A stretch of DNA of 64,000 bases, taken from the NCBI GenBank assembly GCA_021775005.1, contig JAJFIK010000056.1:27408-91407 (forward strand), read 5' to 3'. Below the pieces are notes generated by a model. That model was not told the origin of the DNA. It saw nothing but the letters and a program-made list of their open reading frames with translations, and searched no databases. Below are positions 1 through 10,603 of this stretch, one piece after another. Made by a program: the position numbers and the translations under genes. Position 1 is the first letter of the stretch, and each line of letters begins with the position of its first letter. The DNA is from Rhodospirillales bacterium. GTDB lineage: Bacteria; Pseudomonadota; Alphaproteobacteria; JAJFIK01.

Positions 1-424
1 CAAGGGGATCGTAAAGCGTGCCATCAGCGTCTGCATAAAGCGCATTCATTGTAAAATCGCGACGGGCTGCGTCTTCTTCCCAGCTTGTACCGAAAGCCAC
101 GTCGGCGTGGCGACCGTCGGTTGCGACGTCTTTGCGCAAAGTGGTAATTTCAAAAGGCTTGCCGTCCACCACTGCCGTCACCGTGCCATGGTCAATGCCG
201 GTGGGCACGGCTTTGATCCCCGCCCCTTCAAGAACAGCCATGACTTTACCAGGGGTATGAGTTGTCGCGATGTCAATGTCGCCCACATCCTCGCCCAAAA
301 TCGTGTTGCGTACACAGCCGCCCACAAAGCGCGCGGCCCCTTCGCCCAGCGCCGCCATGACTTTGATCGTCGCATCGTCCCGCAACCAAACCTGCGGTCC
401 AAGATTTATCGGCATCTCAGGCAT
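1..424 (-). CDS. cca: CCA tRNA nucleotidyltransferase family protein, N-terminal part (3' end beyond window edge)
   Basis: Not in ORF track because no stop lies in the window. Own translation of the minus strand from ATG 424-422: MPEMPINLGPQVWLRDDATIKVMAALGEGAARFVGGCVRNTILGEDVGDIDIATTHTP...RRDFTMNALYAD. The GGCVRN and DIDIAT head-domain motifs fit class II nucleotidyltransferases. Confidence 0.8.
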   Translation of the reverse strand, partial: MPEMPINLGPQVWLRDDATIKVMAALGEGAARFVGGCVRNTILGEDVGDIDIATTHTPGKVMAVLEGAGIKAVPTGIDHGTVTAVVDGKPFEITTLRKDVATDGRHADVAFGTSWEEDAARRDFTMNALYADADGTLYDPL

Positions 425-436
425 TAAGTGTCGTCC

Positions 437-1075
437 TCAATCAGCATAGAGGCGGGTGTAGAAATTGATCAGCATTGCTGCCGTCGCGCCCCATATGCGC
501 TGTCCCTTATAAGGCATATCGTAAAACTCGCGCATTTTGCCACGCCAAAACATGCGTTCGGTCGTGTGATTGGCAGGATCCATCAAAAAAGCGAACGGCA
601 CCTCAAACGCTTCGGCAACCTCGCCCGGATCAATAGTCAGCTCCACATGGGGCGCAATAAAGCCGACCACAGGGAGAATTGAAAATCCGGTGCCCGTCTC
701 ATAGGGATCAAGAATACCGATAAGATCAATACTTTCCGGCGCGACGCCCACTTCCTCATGGGTCTCGCGCAAAGCCGCATCGACGGCATTCACATCATCG
801 TCCTGCACCTTACCGCCGGGAAAACTCACTTGTCCGGAATGGCTGGTAAGGTGGTCTGCGCGGCGGGTGAGCAATATGTTCAGATCATCGCCGCGTTCAA
901 TTATGGGAATAAGCACGCCTGCCGGGCGAAGCGGGTTGGCATTTTCTGGCCGGTTGAGCTCATCGCCGAAATGGTAGTCTGAGCGGATCAAACGGGGGTC
1001 ACGCACTTCAGCGCCGGTCTCATTAAACCTAATCCGGTCAAGGATGCGTTGTTTAAGCTCGCCCACATGGCTCAT
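437..1075 (-). CDS. CoA pyrophosphatase (Nudix hydrolase)
   Basis: 212-aa ORF. Nudix box GGKVQDDDVNAVDAALRETHEEVG preceded by the CoAse-type signature LLTRRADHLTSHSGQVSFPGG. ATGA start/stop overlap with the upstream gene at 1072-1075. Confidence 0.85.
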   Translation of the reverse strand: MSHVGELKQRILDRIRFNETGAEVRDPRLIRSDYHFGDELNRPENANPLRPAGVLIPIIERGDDLNILLTRRADHLTSHSGQVSFPGGKVQDDDVNAVDAALRETHEEVGVAPESIDLIGILDPYETGTGFSILPVVGFIAPHVELTIDPGEVAEAFEVPFAFLMDPANHTTERMFWRGKMREFYDMPYKGQRIWGATAAMLINFYTRLYAD

Positions 1076-1713
1076 GGCCGCACCTCATCGGCGCGGGCAA
1101 ACGGAAAAAACACGCCGCCGCTCCACACACCGAAGCGTAATTCCTCGTCGATCATTTCTTCAACGCCCAACGCCACAAGATCATAAAACACCGCGCGATT
1201 GATCAAGGCTTCCAGGCGATCACGCACCAGCACATATGGGGCGGGCTCATGGCTTTGAGGATCAATGGCCATCCGCAACGGCGCATCGGGGCCCGCAGCG
1301 GTGACGTCATCTACATTTGTGGTGAAGACCAGCACCTGTTGGCGGCCCGCGCCCTTCACCTCCATGGCCACCGCCACAAAGGGGGCATCGTCAACGGTAA
1401 TGCGAAGTTTTTCCGGCGGGGTTACAAGGAAGTATTCGTCGCCGTCTTTGCGTAGCACCGTGGAGAATAGTTTCACCATGGGTTTGCGGCCTATGGGCGA
1501 ACCCATATAATCCCAACGGCCATCGCGATGGATGCGCATATCCAAATCCACTACAAGATCAGGATGCCACTTGTGGATCGGCGGCAGGCCACGGCCATTG
1601 CGCGCGTCAGCATTGGCGCGCTCAATTTCTTTCATAATGTTGGGGCTAATGCCGCCACCAGAACTCATTGTCGCTCCCTCGGGACCCGCCAGGGAACCCC
1701 TAAGGGAACTCAA
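1072..1713 (-). CDS. DUF1285 domain protein
   Basis: 213-aa ORF. The WHPDLVVDLDMRIHRDGRWDYMGSPIGRKPMVKLF region matches my memory of DUF1285, which often neighbours CoA pyrophosphatase in alphaproteobacteria. The start may be Met16. Confidence 0.65.
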   Translation of the reverse strand: MSSLRGSLAGPEGATMSSGGGISPNIMKEIERANADARNGRGLPPIHKWHPDLVVDLDMRIHRDGRWDYMGSPIGRKPMVKLFSTVLRKDGDEYFLVTPPEKLRITVDDAPFVAVAMEVKGAGRQQVLVFTTNVDDVTAAGPDAPLRMAIDPQSHEPAPYVLVRDRLEALINRAVFYDLVALGVEEMIDEELRFGVWSGGVFFPFARADEVRP

Positions 1714-1728
1714 TGGGGCTCAATGACG

Positions 1729-3591
1729 TTATTGCGAATGCGTGGTGCACTCCAGGCACATGACATAAGCATGATTTGGATCGTTCAGCTGGGTCAACAT
1801 GCGCCAATCGGCCCAGGCCCGCGCTAACTCACCAGACAGGGGATTTGGCACCTGGGTGGCGGTCAAACCATCATCAAGGCCAAACGCAGCGCTGGCTTGG
1901 GAGGAAAAGCTTTCCGCGAGCTGCTCCCAGATACTCTTGGGTACTTCCTGATAGTCTCGCACAACATAGTCCGTAAGGCCTGCAAGCGCAGCCGCCGATT
2001 TAATGGCGTCGTCCAATTCACCCAGATTGTCCACCAGGCCCAGCTCAAGGGCCGTTGCCCCCGCCCAGACCCGCCCTTGCGCAATGGCATCCACTTCTTC
2101 AACGGTCATATTGCGGGCTTCGCCAACACGTTCAAGAAATTGCTGGTAGCCATTTTCGATGCTGCCCTGGATCAGCGATGCGACCGTGGGATTTAGGGGC
2201 TGCAGGCCATCAATGCCATCGCTCAGGGGCGTTGTGCCAACACCATCGCGATGAATACCCATTAGGCCTAATGTGCCTTCAAATGTGGGGATCATGCCAA
2301 AGATGCCGATGGAGCCCGTAATCGTTGTGGGTGAGGCCCAAATTTCATCAGACGCCGTTGAAATCCAGTACCCGCCTGATGCTGCCAGATCGCCCATGGA
2401 TACCACCACCGGCAGACCTTGTTCACGCGCAAGGACGAGTTCGCGGCGAATGACTTCCGATGCGAAGGCTGAACCACCGGGGCTGTCCACACGAAGCACG
2501 ATGGCGCGCACATCATTGTTGTGGCGCGCTTCCCGAATCTGGCTGGCAATGGTGTCACCGCCCGCAGTGCCCGCCGGGGCCTCACCATTGACGATAATGC
2601 CGGCCGCCGTCACCACTGCAATCTCAGAGCCACTACCGGCGTTGTCATCATCCATGGCAGCAAGATATTGATGTAGGGAAACCTGATTGAAGGTGTGGTT
2701 ATCATCATCTGCGCCAACAATTGCAGAGAGATGATTGCGGTATTCGTCTTGATACATAAGCGAATCCACCATGCCCGCGTTCAACGCCATTTGGGCAAAA
2801 TCACCGCCGGCTGCTTCTGAGCTCGCCAGCACTGACTCTATGCCTGCATTGATGGTTCCAGGTGCCATGCCGCGGGCTGATTCAACATCGCTAGTGTAGT
2901 TGTCCCAAAGGATACTGAGATATCCAAGGTTTGCTTCCTGCGCTGCGGGGGACATGTCATCGCGGAAATAGGGCTCAAGCGCGGATTTGAAGGTGCCAAC
3001 GCGGAAGACATTGATGTTGACTTCGATACGCTCCAGCAGCTCTTGATAATAGCTCCGATACCGACCGTACCCGGTCAGGATCACACCGCCAAAGGGATGC
3101 ATAATAATTTCGTTGGCATGGGCGGCGAGCAGATACTGCTGATCAGAATATCCCGCGCCAATGGCATAAACCGGCTTGCCCGAATCTTTAAACTCTTCGA
3201 TGGCTGCGCCAATGCGGTGCATAGTTGAAGGACCACCGCCGATCATGTCGCCCAGGTAAAGCACTACCGCATCCACTCGATCATCGGTGGCGGCATGCTC
3301 AAGCGCGTCAAGAACGTCCTGCAGCCGGGTTTCAGGAACCTCGCCGCCAAACAACTCATTGAAAATCTCGTCGGCGGGATCGACTTGCGTCCCTTGCTCA
3401 ACGATGACCCCGACCGGATCGATGACCAAAGCCACCTGATTTGGGATTTGTGGGCCGTTTTGCATTGACCCTGCAATAACAGCGATAAACAAAAACACGG
3501 CAATAGTGGTAAAGACAAGCCAGCGAATGGCTCTTAATGGCCAAGCGGCGATCATAAAAATGCCGCCAAGTAACTTAAAAAACCCACCCAT
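1729..3591 (-). CDS. sppA: Signal peptide peptidase SppA, 67K type
   Basis: 620-aa ORF with an N-terminal TM segment and two tandem ClpP/crotonase-like halves. The second half carries VLRVDSPGGSAFASE and MGDLAASGGYWIS, typical of SppA. Confidence 0.85.
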   Translation of the reverse strand: MGGFFKLLGGIFMIAAWPLRAIRWLVFTTIAVFLFIAVIAGSMQNGPQIPNQVALVIDPVGVIVEQGTQVDPADEIFNELFGGEVPETRLQDVLDALEHAATDDRVDAVVLYLGDMIGGGPSTMHRIGAAIEEFKDSGKPVYAIGAGYSDQQYLLAAHANEIIMHPFGGVILTGYGRYRSYYQELLERIEVNINVFRVGTFKSALEPYFRDDMSPAAQEANLGYLSILWDNYTSDVESARGMAPGTINAGIESVLASSEAAGGDFAQMALNAGMVDSLMYQDEYRNHLSAIVGADDDNHTFNQVSLHQYLAAMDDDNAGSGSEIAVVTAAGIIVNGEAPAGTAGGDTIASQIREARHNNDVRAIVLRVDSPGGSAFASEVIRRELVLAREQGLPVVVSMGDLAASGGYWISTASDEIWASPTTITGSIGIFGMIPTFEGTLGLMGIHRDGVGTTPLSDGIDGLQPLNPTVASLIQGSIENGYQQFLERVGEARNMTVEEVDAIAQGRVWAGATALELGLVDNLGELDDAIKSAAALAGLTDYVVRDYQEVPKSIWEQLAESFSSQASAAFGLDDGLTATQVPNPLSGELARAWADWRMLTQLNDPNHAYVMCLECTTHSQ

Positions 3592-3811
3592 TATGCGCTC
3601 CTGTCATCCGCCCGCTTTGTCCCATTTGGCACAATCGCCAAAAGCCGCGAGCCACACTTATTATAGAGGCCCCCCGCGCCTGGTTAACCCCACGGCGGCA
3701 AGCTATCTTCATTAAGATGGAACTGTGTCACAGTCGTTTCAATGAATCGTGACCGAAAAGAGCATTCGGTTAATTGCGCAATGCACCATCACACGGGATA
3801 TACTGGGCCCT

Positions 3812-4813
3812 ATGGATACTGATTTGATGGAAAAAGCCGTTTCTGCCGATGACATTGAGGCAGCAGGGGAGAAGTTGAGGGCCGCGCGAGATGAGATCGC
3901 TCGTGTGGTTTTTGGGCAAAATCAAGTGGTTGAGGAGACCCTCATCACCCTTTTGGCTGGCGGACACGGCCTTTTGGTGGGGGTGCCAGGGCTGGCCAAG
4001 ACACGCCTTGTGGAGACCCTCGGCACCGTTTTGGGCCTCAGCGAGAAGCGCATTCAATTCACCCCCGACCTGATGCCCGGCGATATTGTCGGCTCTGAAG
4101 TGCTGGATGAGGACGGCGAAGGGCACCGCTCCTTCCGCTTCATCAAGGGGCCGGTGTTTTGCCAGCTCCTGATGGCGGACGAAATCAATCGTGCCTCCCC
4201 CCGAACCCAATCGGCACTTTTGCAAGCCATGCAGGAACACCATGTCACTGTTGCTGGCCAGCGCTATGACTTGCCGCACCCGTTTCATGTCCTCGCCACA
4301 CAAAACCCCATTGAGCAAGAAGGCACCTATCCCTTGCCCGAGGCCCAACTTGATCGCTTCATGATGCAGATCAATGTGGACTATCCTGATCGCGATGCCG
4401 AGCGTCAGATCTTGCTTGAGACCACTGGCGCGAAAGAATATGCACCTACCGAAATCATCACTGCCCTTGAGCTGGAACGGTTCCAACGCATTGTCCGCCA
4501 CTTGCCCGTTGGCGACAAAGTGGTGGATGCTATTTTGAACCTTGTGCGTTCAGCGCGTCCGGGGCGCGACGCGGAAGACTTTGTCCAGGAATCTGTAGAA
4601 TGGGGCCCCGGCCCCCGCGCATCGCAAGCGCTCACCCTCGGAATTCGGGCGCGGGCACTGCTTGATGGTCGCATCGCGCCGAGCATTGAAGATGTGAGGG
4701 CACTTGCCGAGCCTGTGCTGCAGCATCGCATGGCGTTGAGTTTTGCGGCCAGGGCAGACGGCAACAGTTTGAGTTCGGTAATTGCGCGTCTTGCGGCTCG
4801 TATGGAGGCCTAA
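3812..4813 (+). CDS. MoxR-family AAA+ ATPase
   Basis: Walker A GVPGLAKT, Walker B LLMADEINRASP, and the VLATQNPIEQEGTYPLPEAQLDRF sensor region. The ORF is open from 3749 (GTG). Met at 3812 or 3827 is more plausible; the start is uncertain. Confidence 0.85.
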   Translation: MDTDLMEKAVSADDIEAAGEKLRAARDEIARVVFGQNQVVEETLITLLAGGHGLLVGVPGLAKTRLVETLGTVLGLSEKRIQFTPDLMPGDIVGSEVLDEDGEGHRSFRFIKGPVFCQLLMADEINRASPRTQSALLQAMQEHHVTVAGQRYDLPHPFHVLATQNPIEQEGTYPLPEAQLDRFMMQINVDYPDRDAERQILLETTGAKEYAPTEIITALELERFQRIVRHLPVGDKVVDAILNLVRSARPGRDAEDFVQESVEWGPGPRASQALTLGIRARALLDGRIAPSIEDVRALAEPVLQHRMALSFAARADGNSLSSVIARLAARMEA

Positions 4814-4836
4814 GGCCGAAGGGACACATTTGCCAA

Positions 4837-5763
4837 ATGTCCGACCCATTGGCGCAACCTCAAATTACAAAACCTGCAGCCACCATCCGCGGCGAAGCAG
4901 AGGCAGTGGCCGCACACTTCCCCGCCTTGCTGGTGGAAGCCGGGCGACTTGCCGCCACCATCATTGTGGGCGAGCACGGCCGGCGGCAAGCCGGCATGGG
5001 CGAAGACTTCTGGCAGTTTCGTCATTTTCGCGAAGGCGATGGGCGCAGCGTTGTCGATTGGCGGCGATCCGCGCGCACGCACGGGCTCTTTGTGCGGGAG
5101 AATGAACGTGAAGCCGCGCAAACGGTTTGGCTTTGGTGCGATCCGTCTCAGTCTATGCGCTACAAATCCAACCTTGCGCCAGTAGAAAAAGCGGACCGGG
5201 CGCAGGTGCTATCGCTGGCCCTTGCGCTTTTGTTGACCCGCGCGGGCGAGCGCATCGGTAACCTTGCGTATCCGGATAAGGCACGCCGGGGCGAAATAGC
5301 GGTTCGCCTTGTTGCGCAGGCTATGCAATCGACCGCTACCTCAGCGTTTCCAAACCCGTCACCAAAATTTGCGCGCAGCACCATTGTCATGGTGAGCGAT
5401 TTTTTGGCCCCAACAAAAACCATCAGCGGATTTATTGCTCAGGTCGCAGGCGGTCACACCCAGGGGCATTTGGTGCAAGTCCTCGATCCGGCAGAAGAAA
5501 CCTGGCCCTTTGAGGGGCGTATGTTGTTTGAGGGCGCGAATGCAGAGCGCCTTCTCGCAGGGCGAGCACAGTCATTGCGCGGGGAATATTGCGCGCGCCT
5601 TAAGGCCCACCGCGATACCATCCGCGCTGCTTGCCGCCGGGTAGGTTGGAGCTTTACCGTCCACCACACAGATACACGGCCAGAACCCACTTTACTGGGG
5701 CTTTATGCACAATTGTCCGGGCAAGCAGAAATCGTCTCAAGTGCGAACGGCACGCAACCATGA
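4837..5763 (+). CDS. DUF58 domain protein (MoxR partner)
   Basis: 308-aa ORF. GEDFWQFRHFREGDGRSVVDWRRSAR is the characteristic DUF58 core. It sits immediately downstream of MoxR, as in Bat-type operons. Confidence 0.8.
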   Translation: MSDPLAQPQITKPAATIRGEAEAVAAHFPALLVEAGRLAATIIVGEHGRRQAGMGEDFWQFRHFREGDGRSVVDWRRSARTHGLFVRENEREAAQTVWLWCDPSQSMRYKSNLAPVEKADRAQVLSLALALLLTRAGERIGNLAYPDKARRGEIAVRLVAQAMQSTATSAFPNPSPKFARSTIVMVSDFLAPTKTISGFIAQVAGGHTQGHLVQVLDPAEETWPFEGRMLFEGANAERLLAGRAQSLRGEYCARLKAHRDTIRAACRRVGWSFTVHHTDTRPEPTLLGLYAQLSGQAEIVSSANGTQP

Positions 5764-8519
5764 GCGCTTTTCTGCCCCTTACATTCGGCGCGCCTTATAT
5801 TTTGCTGGCGCTTGCCGCACTGCCCGCCATTTGGTGGCTTTTGCGCGTCACGCCCCCGACCCCTCATCGCATGCGGTTTCCTGCCATCCGGCTATTGCTT
5901 GGCGTGAAGACCGACGAAGAAAGCCCTGCCCATACGCCCTGGTGGGTTCTGCTTTTGCGACTTGTGTTGGCGGCGGTGTTGATCATCGCTCTAGCCGCTC
6001 CGATTTGGAATGCGGCACCGCCCTCTAGCGCATCCGGTCCCTACGTGCTGGTGGTTGACAACACTTGGGCGGCAGCCCTCGGTTGGGATGAACGCACGGA
6101 TGTGATGCGCACCCTAATTGATCAAGCAACGCGCGACGGCGAAGCCGTCGTGTTCCTGCCCACTGCGCCCGGCCCCGCTGCCACCCCGCTAACGCTTTAT
6201 CGCCCTGGCGATGCACGCGATATTGTTGGCGCCATCGCGCCGCAGCCCTTCCTCGCAGACTATGACGCCCAAGTTGAATCACTGACCGAGCTTCAGGCCC
6301 TGCTCGGCGGCGGCCCGGCGCAAATATCGTGGCTCTCAGATGGTCTTGACGGCACTGGGCGTGCCTTCTTTGCCGAACAGCTGAACCAGCTCGGCCCCGT
6401 GAGCGTCTACACAGAAAACGCAGCCACCACATTGGCGCTGCTGCCCCCTCAGCTCGATCGGGAGGGCTTTATGCTTAGTTTATGCCGGGCGACAGCCTTG
6501 GACATCAATGCGACCGGGAACCTGCGCGCCATTGGCGGAAATGGTCGCACATTGGGCAGCGTCCCTTTCACTTTTGAAGAAAACAGCCGGGAGGTCGAAA
6601 CCCTTTTGCGGTTACCACTAGAACTTCGCAATGAAGTCACCCGCATTGAGATTGAAGGCCACGTTTCTGCAGGGGCGGTGGCGCTTGTGGATGAAAGCGC
6701 CCAGCGCCGCGCGGTCGGCATTGTATCTGGTGCAAGCACTTACGATGAGCAGCCGCTTTTGTCTGAGATGTTCTATTTGGATCGCGCCCTCGGCCCCTAT
6801 GCCGATCTACGCGAAGGCCCCATCGAAGAACTTCTCGCATTTGGCATCGACGTCTTGGTGCTTGCGGACGTTGGCGAGTTAGCTGGCAGCGAGTACGAGG
6901 CCGTGCGCGACTTTGTTTCCGCTGGCGGCGTGCTGATCCGTTTTGCAGGTCCGCGGCTGGCGTCCCTGGCCGACGATCTTTTGCCGGTGCGTCTGCGCGC
7001 GGGAGATCGTGCATTGGGCGGCTCACTCGCATGGGCAACACCGCAAGGCCTGTTGCCCTTTGCCGATACAAGTCCATTTGCCGGTTTGGATATTTCGGAA
7101 GATGTTCTTGTGGGTCATCAAGTACTTGCCGAACCAGAGATCGAGCTTGCGGGGAAAACCTGGGCGCGCCTTTCAGATGGCACACCGCTGGTCACCGGAG
7201 CGCGTTCTGGTGATGGCTGGCTGGTGCTGTTTCATGTCACCGCAAATCAGGATTGGTCATCCCTTGCCGCATCCGGGCTTTACGTTGAGATGTTGCAGCG
7301 CTTGTTGCCGCTTTCAGTGGGCGGCGCGGATCATTTGGCACACGGACAAGCCCAGGTTCTATTGCCGCCCCTCGCCATTCTGGACGGCTATGGCCGACTG
7401 CAAACCCCGCCGCCTACGGTGGAGCCCATCAGCGCCCGTAACCTGGCGGATATGACGCCCAGTCCGCGCCATCCGCCGGGGCTTTATGGGACCGAAATCG
7501 CGGCAAGTGCAATCAATACCGTGAGCGCACAAACACAGTTTGAGGCACCGCCGGATTGGGGGCCAGCGATAGTGCGAACCTACCAGGGCGGTACAGCGCT
7601 TGTGCTCCAACCACTGCTGCTCGCCATTGCCGTCGCGCTGTTCCTGCTCGACTTCACTTTGGCGCTGTTGCTTGCAGGACACTTCGCCCTTTCTACGCGA
7701 TGGCTCGCGCGGCTCACCCCAGCCCTGTTGGGCATGGTCTTGTTGGGGTTCGGCATGACAGAAGCGCGGGCGCAAGATGATATTAGCGATGGTGACCGGT
7801 GGCTCATTGAAGCGGTGAACGAGCTTCACCTTGCTTATGTCATCACCGGCGATCAGGCCTCTGACGATATGGCCCGCGCCGGGTTGGCGGGTCTGACGCG
7901 CTCCTTATTTGCGCGTACCACGGTTGAGCCAGCGGACCCCATTGGCGTTGACCTTACCGCTCACGAGCTGTCCGTGTTTCCTATGCTTTTCTGGCGTGTC
8001 GCCGAAGGTCAACCGCCATTGAGCGACATCGCGCGGGAGCGCCTGGCCACATATATGCGCAATGGCGGTACTTTGTTTATCGACACGGCCAACGAAGGTA
8101 CACCGCTGATCGGCGGTGGCCGGAGCGCCACATTACGTCGGCATTTACGCGGGCTCGATGTCCCCCCATTGGCGCCGGTGCCAGAGGACCATGTCCTGAC
8201 GCGCGCGTTTTATCTGCTCTCAGAATTTCCCGGGCGATTTGCTGGCGGAGATGTTTGGGTTGAAGCGCCAGGTCCCGATGGTCTCGTATCCGTCGGTCGC
8301 GATGGGGTGTCGCCCATTATTATCGGCTCCAATGACTTCGCCGCCGCCTGGGCTACTGATGATGCGGGACGCCCGCTCGCCGCTGTGGCACCAGGGGGTG
8401 AGCGCCAACGGGAAATTTCTACCAGGTTCGGCATCAACCTTGTGATGTATGTTCTCACCGGCAATTACAAATCAGACCAGGTTCACATCCCTGCGTTACT
8501 TGAGCGGCTCGGCCAATGA
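5760..8519 (+). CDS. BatA-N (double-TM N-terminal domain) / DUF4159 membrane protein
   Basis: Start chosen at ATG 5760 (MSAFLPLTFGAPYILLALAALPAIWWLLRVTPP), overlapping the DUF58 stop (ATGA). The C-terminal block LATYMRNGGTLFIDT...RAFYLLSEFPGRF...IIIGSNDFAAAW resembles DUF4159. The track ORF from 5631 is an upstream extension. Confidence 0.7.
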   Translation: MSAFLPLTFGAPYILLALAALPAIWWLLRVTPPTPHRMRFPAIRLLLGVKTDEESPAHTPWWVLLLRLVLAAVLIIALAAPIWNAAPPSSASGPYVLVVDNTWAAALGWDERTDVMRTLIDQATRDGEAVVFLPTAPGPAATPLTLYRPGDARDIVGAIAPQPFLADYDAQVESLTELQALLGGGPAQISWLSDGLDGTGRAFFAEQLNQLGPVSVYTENAATTLALLPPQLDREGFMLSLCRATALDINATGNLRAIGGNGRTLGSVPFTFEENSREVETLLRLPLELRNEVTRIEIEGHVSAGAVALVDESAQRRAVGIVSGASTYDEQPLLSEMFYLDRALGPYADLREGPIEELLAFGIDVLVLADVGELAGSEYEAVRDFVSAGGVLIRFAGPRLASLADDLLPVRLRAGDRALGGSLAWATPQGLLPFADTSPFAGLDISEDVLVGHQVLAEPEIELAGKTWARLSDGTPLVTGARSGDGWLVLFHVTANQDWSSLAASGLYVEMLQRLLPLSVGGADHLAHGQAQVLLPPLAILDGYGRLQTPPPTVEPISARNLADMTPSPRHPPGLYGTEIAASAINTVSAQTQFEAPPDWGPAIVRTYQGGTALVLQPLLLAIAVALFLLDFTLALLLAGHFALSTRWLARLTPALLGMVLLGFGMTEARAQDDISDGDRWLIEAVNELHLAYVITGDQASDDMARAGLAGLTRSLFARTTVEPADPIGVDLTAHELSVFPMLFWRVAEGQPPLSDIARERLATYMRNGGTLFIDTANEGTPLIGGGRSATLRRHLRGLDVPPLAPVPEDHVLTRAFYLLSEFPGRFAGGDVWVEAPGPDGLVSVGRDGVSPIIIGSNDFAAAWATDDAGRPLAAVAPGGERQREISTRFGINLVMYVLTGNYKSDQVHIPALLERLGQ

Positions 8520-10603
8520 CCTGGACGATCACCACGGCCCCGCTTCTGCCCCTCATCTTCGTCATCGCCATTGCGACATTGGGGGCGGTACTCACCGTCT
8601 ATGCGCTCTTGCGTGGCGCGCGAGGTAGCCTGACCCGAGGGCTCGGTCTTGCGGCGTTGATTGCCCTCATTTTAAATCCCTCACTAGTGGAAGAAGACCG
8701 CGATCCCATTTCAGACGTGGTGGTCATCGCCATTGATCGGAGCCAGAGTCAAACCATTGGAGCCCGCGAGGAGATCACAGAGCGGGCCCGCGCCGAGATC
8801 GAAACGCACCTGAGATCCTTCGATGACATCGAAATCCGCATCGTTGAGGTGGCAACCGATCGCAATGACGGGGGCCGCGGGGGAACCCGCGCTTTTGGCG
8901 ATCTGGCCCGGACCTTGGGAGAGGTAGCGCCGGAACGATTGGCAGGTGTCTTGTTTCTCACAGATGGACAAATCCATGATGTTCCCGATCCGTCGCGCTT
9001 TGGCTTTGATGCGCCCATTCATGTGCTGCTGACAGGCCATGATGAAGAAGGTGACCGCATCCTTACCGTCGAGCAGGCGCCGGTGTTCGGGATTGTTGGT
9101 GACGACGTGGAGCTATCTGTGCGCGTTGAAGATCACGGGCCTGATGATTTGACAGGAACCGCGGTGCAGCTTCGCGTGCGCGTTGATGGCGAAGAGCGCG
9201 CGCCACAAACCGCCACCGTGGGCGAGCTCCTTGAACTGAGTGTGCCCATTGCTCATGGCGGGCAAAACATCATCGAGCTGGAAGTAAGCGAGGGGCCACG
9301 CGAGCTAACGCTGGCCAATAATCGTGCCGTGGTGACACCGAACGGCGTGCGGGATCGCCTGCGGGTGCTTTTGATTACCGGCGAACCTCATCCGGGGGAG
9401 CGAACCTGGCGCGACTTGCTTAAATCAGATCCGTCCGTCGATTTGGTGCATTTCACAATTCTGCGGCCACCAGAAAAACAAGATGGCACGCCCATTGACG
9501 AGCTTTCACTCATCGCATTTCCCACGCGCGAATTGTTCGCCGAACGGCTTTATGAATTCGATTTGGTGATCTTTGATCGCTATCGCCGTCGCAGCGTGCT
9601 GCACCCAAGTTATCTGGCAAACATTGCAGACTATGTGGAACAGGGAGGGGCCTTACTCACCGCGGCAGGGCCATCGTTTGCGAATTATTTGAGCCTCTAC
9701 CGCACCCCCCTCGCCGGCATCCTGCCCGCGCGACCCACCGGCGATATTTCAGAGCGCCCCTACCAGGCCACCGTGACGGAGCGCGGCGCACGGCACCCCG
9801 TCACCGCATCGCTTCCCGGCGCGAATGAAGGTGACACGCCGCCCCAATGGGGACGCTGGTTCCGGTTGATCGAGTCAGAGCCCGTAAGCGGCGATACGGT
9901 CATGTCATCGCCGGACGGTATGCCGGTTCTTGTGCTCGACCGCGTTGGCGATGGTCGGGTGGCGCAACTTCTGTCAGACCATGCCTGGCTTTGGACCAGG
10001 GGATTTGAAGGCGGTGGCCCGCAAGCGGAATTGCTGCGGCGGTTGGCCCATTGGCTTATGCGCGAGCCGGAGCTAGACGAGGAAGTTCTGAGTGCTGAGG
10101 TATTTGGCGAAGACATGCGCATTACCCGCCGTACCATGTCCAATGAAGCAGCAAGCGTTTACATCACTGATCCCAGCGGCAACGATGTTGAAGCAGAAAT
10201 GGTGCAGATCGAACCGGGGCTTTTCTCTGCTGTTGTACCGGCACCGGAACTTGGCCTTTATCGCCTCACAGATGGCGTGCTTACCACAGTTGCGGCCTCT
10301 GGCGTTCTCAACGCGTTGGAGTTTCAGGACGTGCGCGTTTCCAGCGCCCCCACCGAGGCATTACGCACGGCGACCGGCGGCGGCATATATTGGCTGGCAG
10401 GACGCAATCAGAATTTCGAGCTCCCGAGCTTGCGGCGGACCCGCACTGGACGACCCACCGCGGGGCGAAGCTGGCTCGGGCTTCGGGAAAATAATCAGTA
10501 CTCCGTCCGCGCTGTGCGTGAGGTTTCGCTGATCCCTGCGGTCTTGGCGCTTTTGCTGATCGTTGGATTGCTTGCCTTTGCCTGGTGGCGCGAGGGGCAT
10601 TAG
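8516..10603 (+). CDS. Large membrane-anchored protein, fourth gene of the MoxR/DUF58 operon
   Basis: 695-aa ORF with ATGA overlap with the upstream gene (8516-8519). It has N-terminal TM helices and one C-terminal TM helix (LIPAVLALLLIVGLLAFAWW). I see no catalytic motif. Confidence 0.6.
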   Translation: MTWTITTAPLLPLIFVIAIATLGAVLTVYALLRGARGSLTRGLGLAALIALILNPSLVEEDRDPISDVVVIAIDRSQSQTIGAREEITERARAEIETHLRSFDDIEIRIVEVATDRNDGGRGGTRAFGDLARTLGEVAPERLAGVLFLTDGQIHDVPDPSRFGFDAPIHVLLTGHDEEGDRILTVEQAPVFGIVGDDVELSVRVEDHGPDDLTGTAVQLRVRVDGEERAPQTATVGELLELSVPIAHGGQNIIELEVSEGPRELTLANNRAVVTPNGVRDRLRVLLITGEPHPGERTWRDLLKSDPSVDLVHFTILRPPEKQDGTPIDELSLIAFPTRELFAERLYEFDLVIFDRYRRRSVLHPSYLANIADYVEQGGALLTAAGPSFANYLSLYRTPLAGILPARPTGDISERPYQATVTERGARHPVTASLPGANEGDTPPQWGRWFRLIESEPVSGDTVMSSPDGMPVLVLDRVGDGRVAQLLSDHAWLWTRGFEGGGPQAELLRRLAHWLMREPELDEEVLSAEVFGEDMRITRRTMSNEAASVYITDPSGNDVEAEMVQIEPGLFSAVVPAPELGLYRLTDGVLTTVAASGVLNALEFQDVRVSSAPTEALRTATGGGIYWLAGRNQNFELPSLRRTRTGRPTAGRSWLGLRENNQYSVRAVREVSLIPAVLALLLIVGLLAFAWWREGH

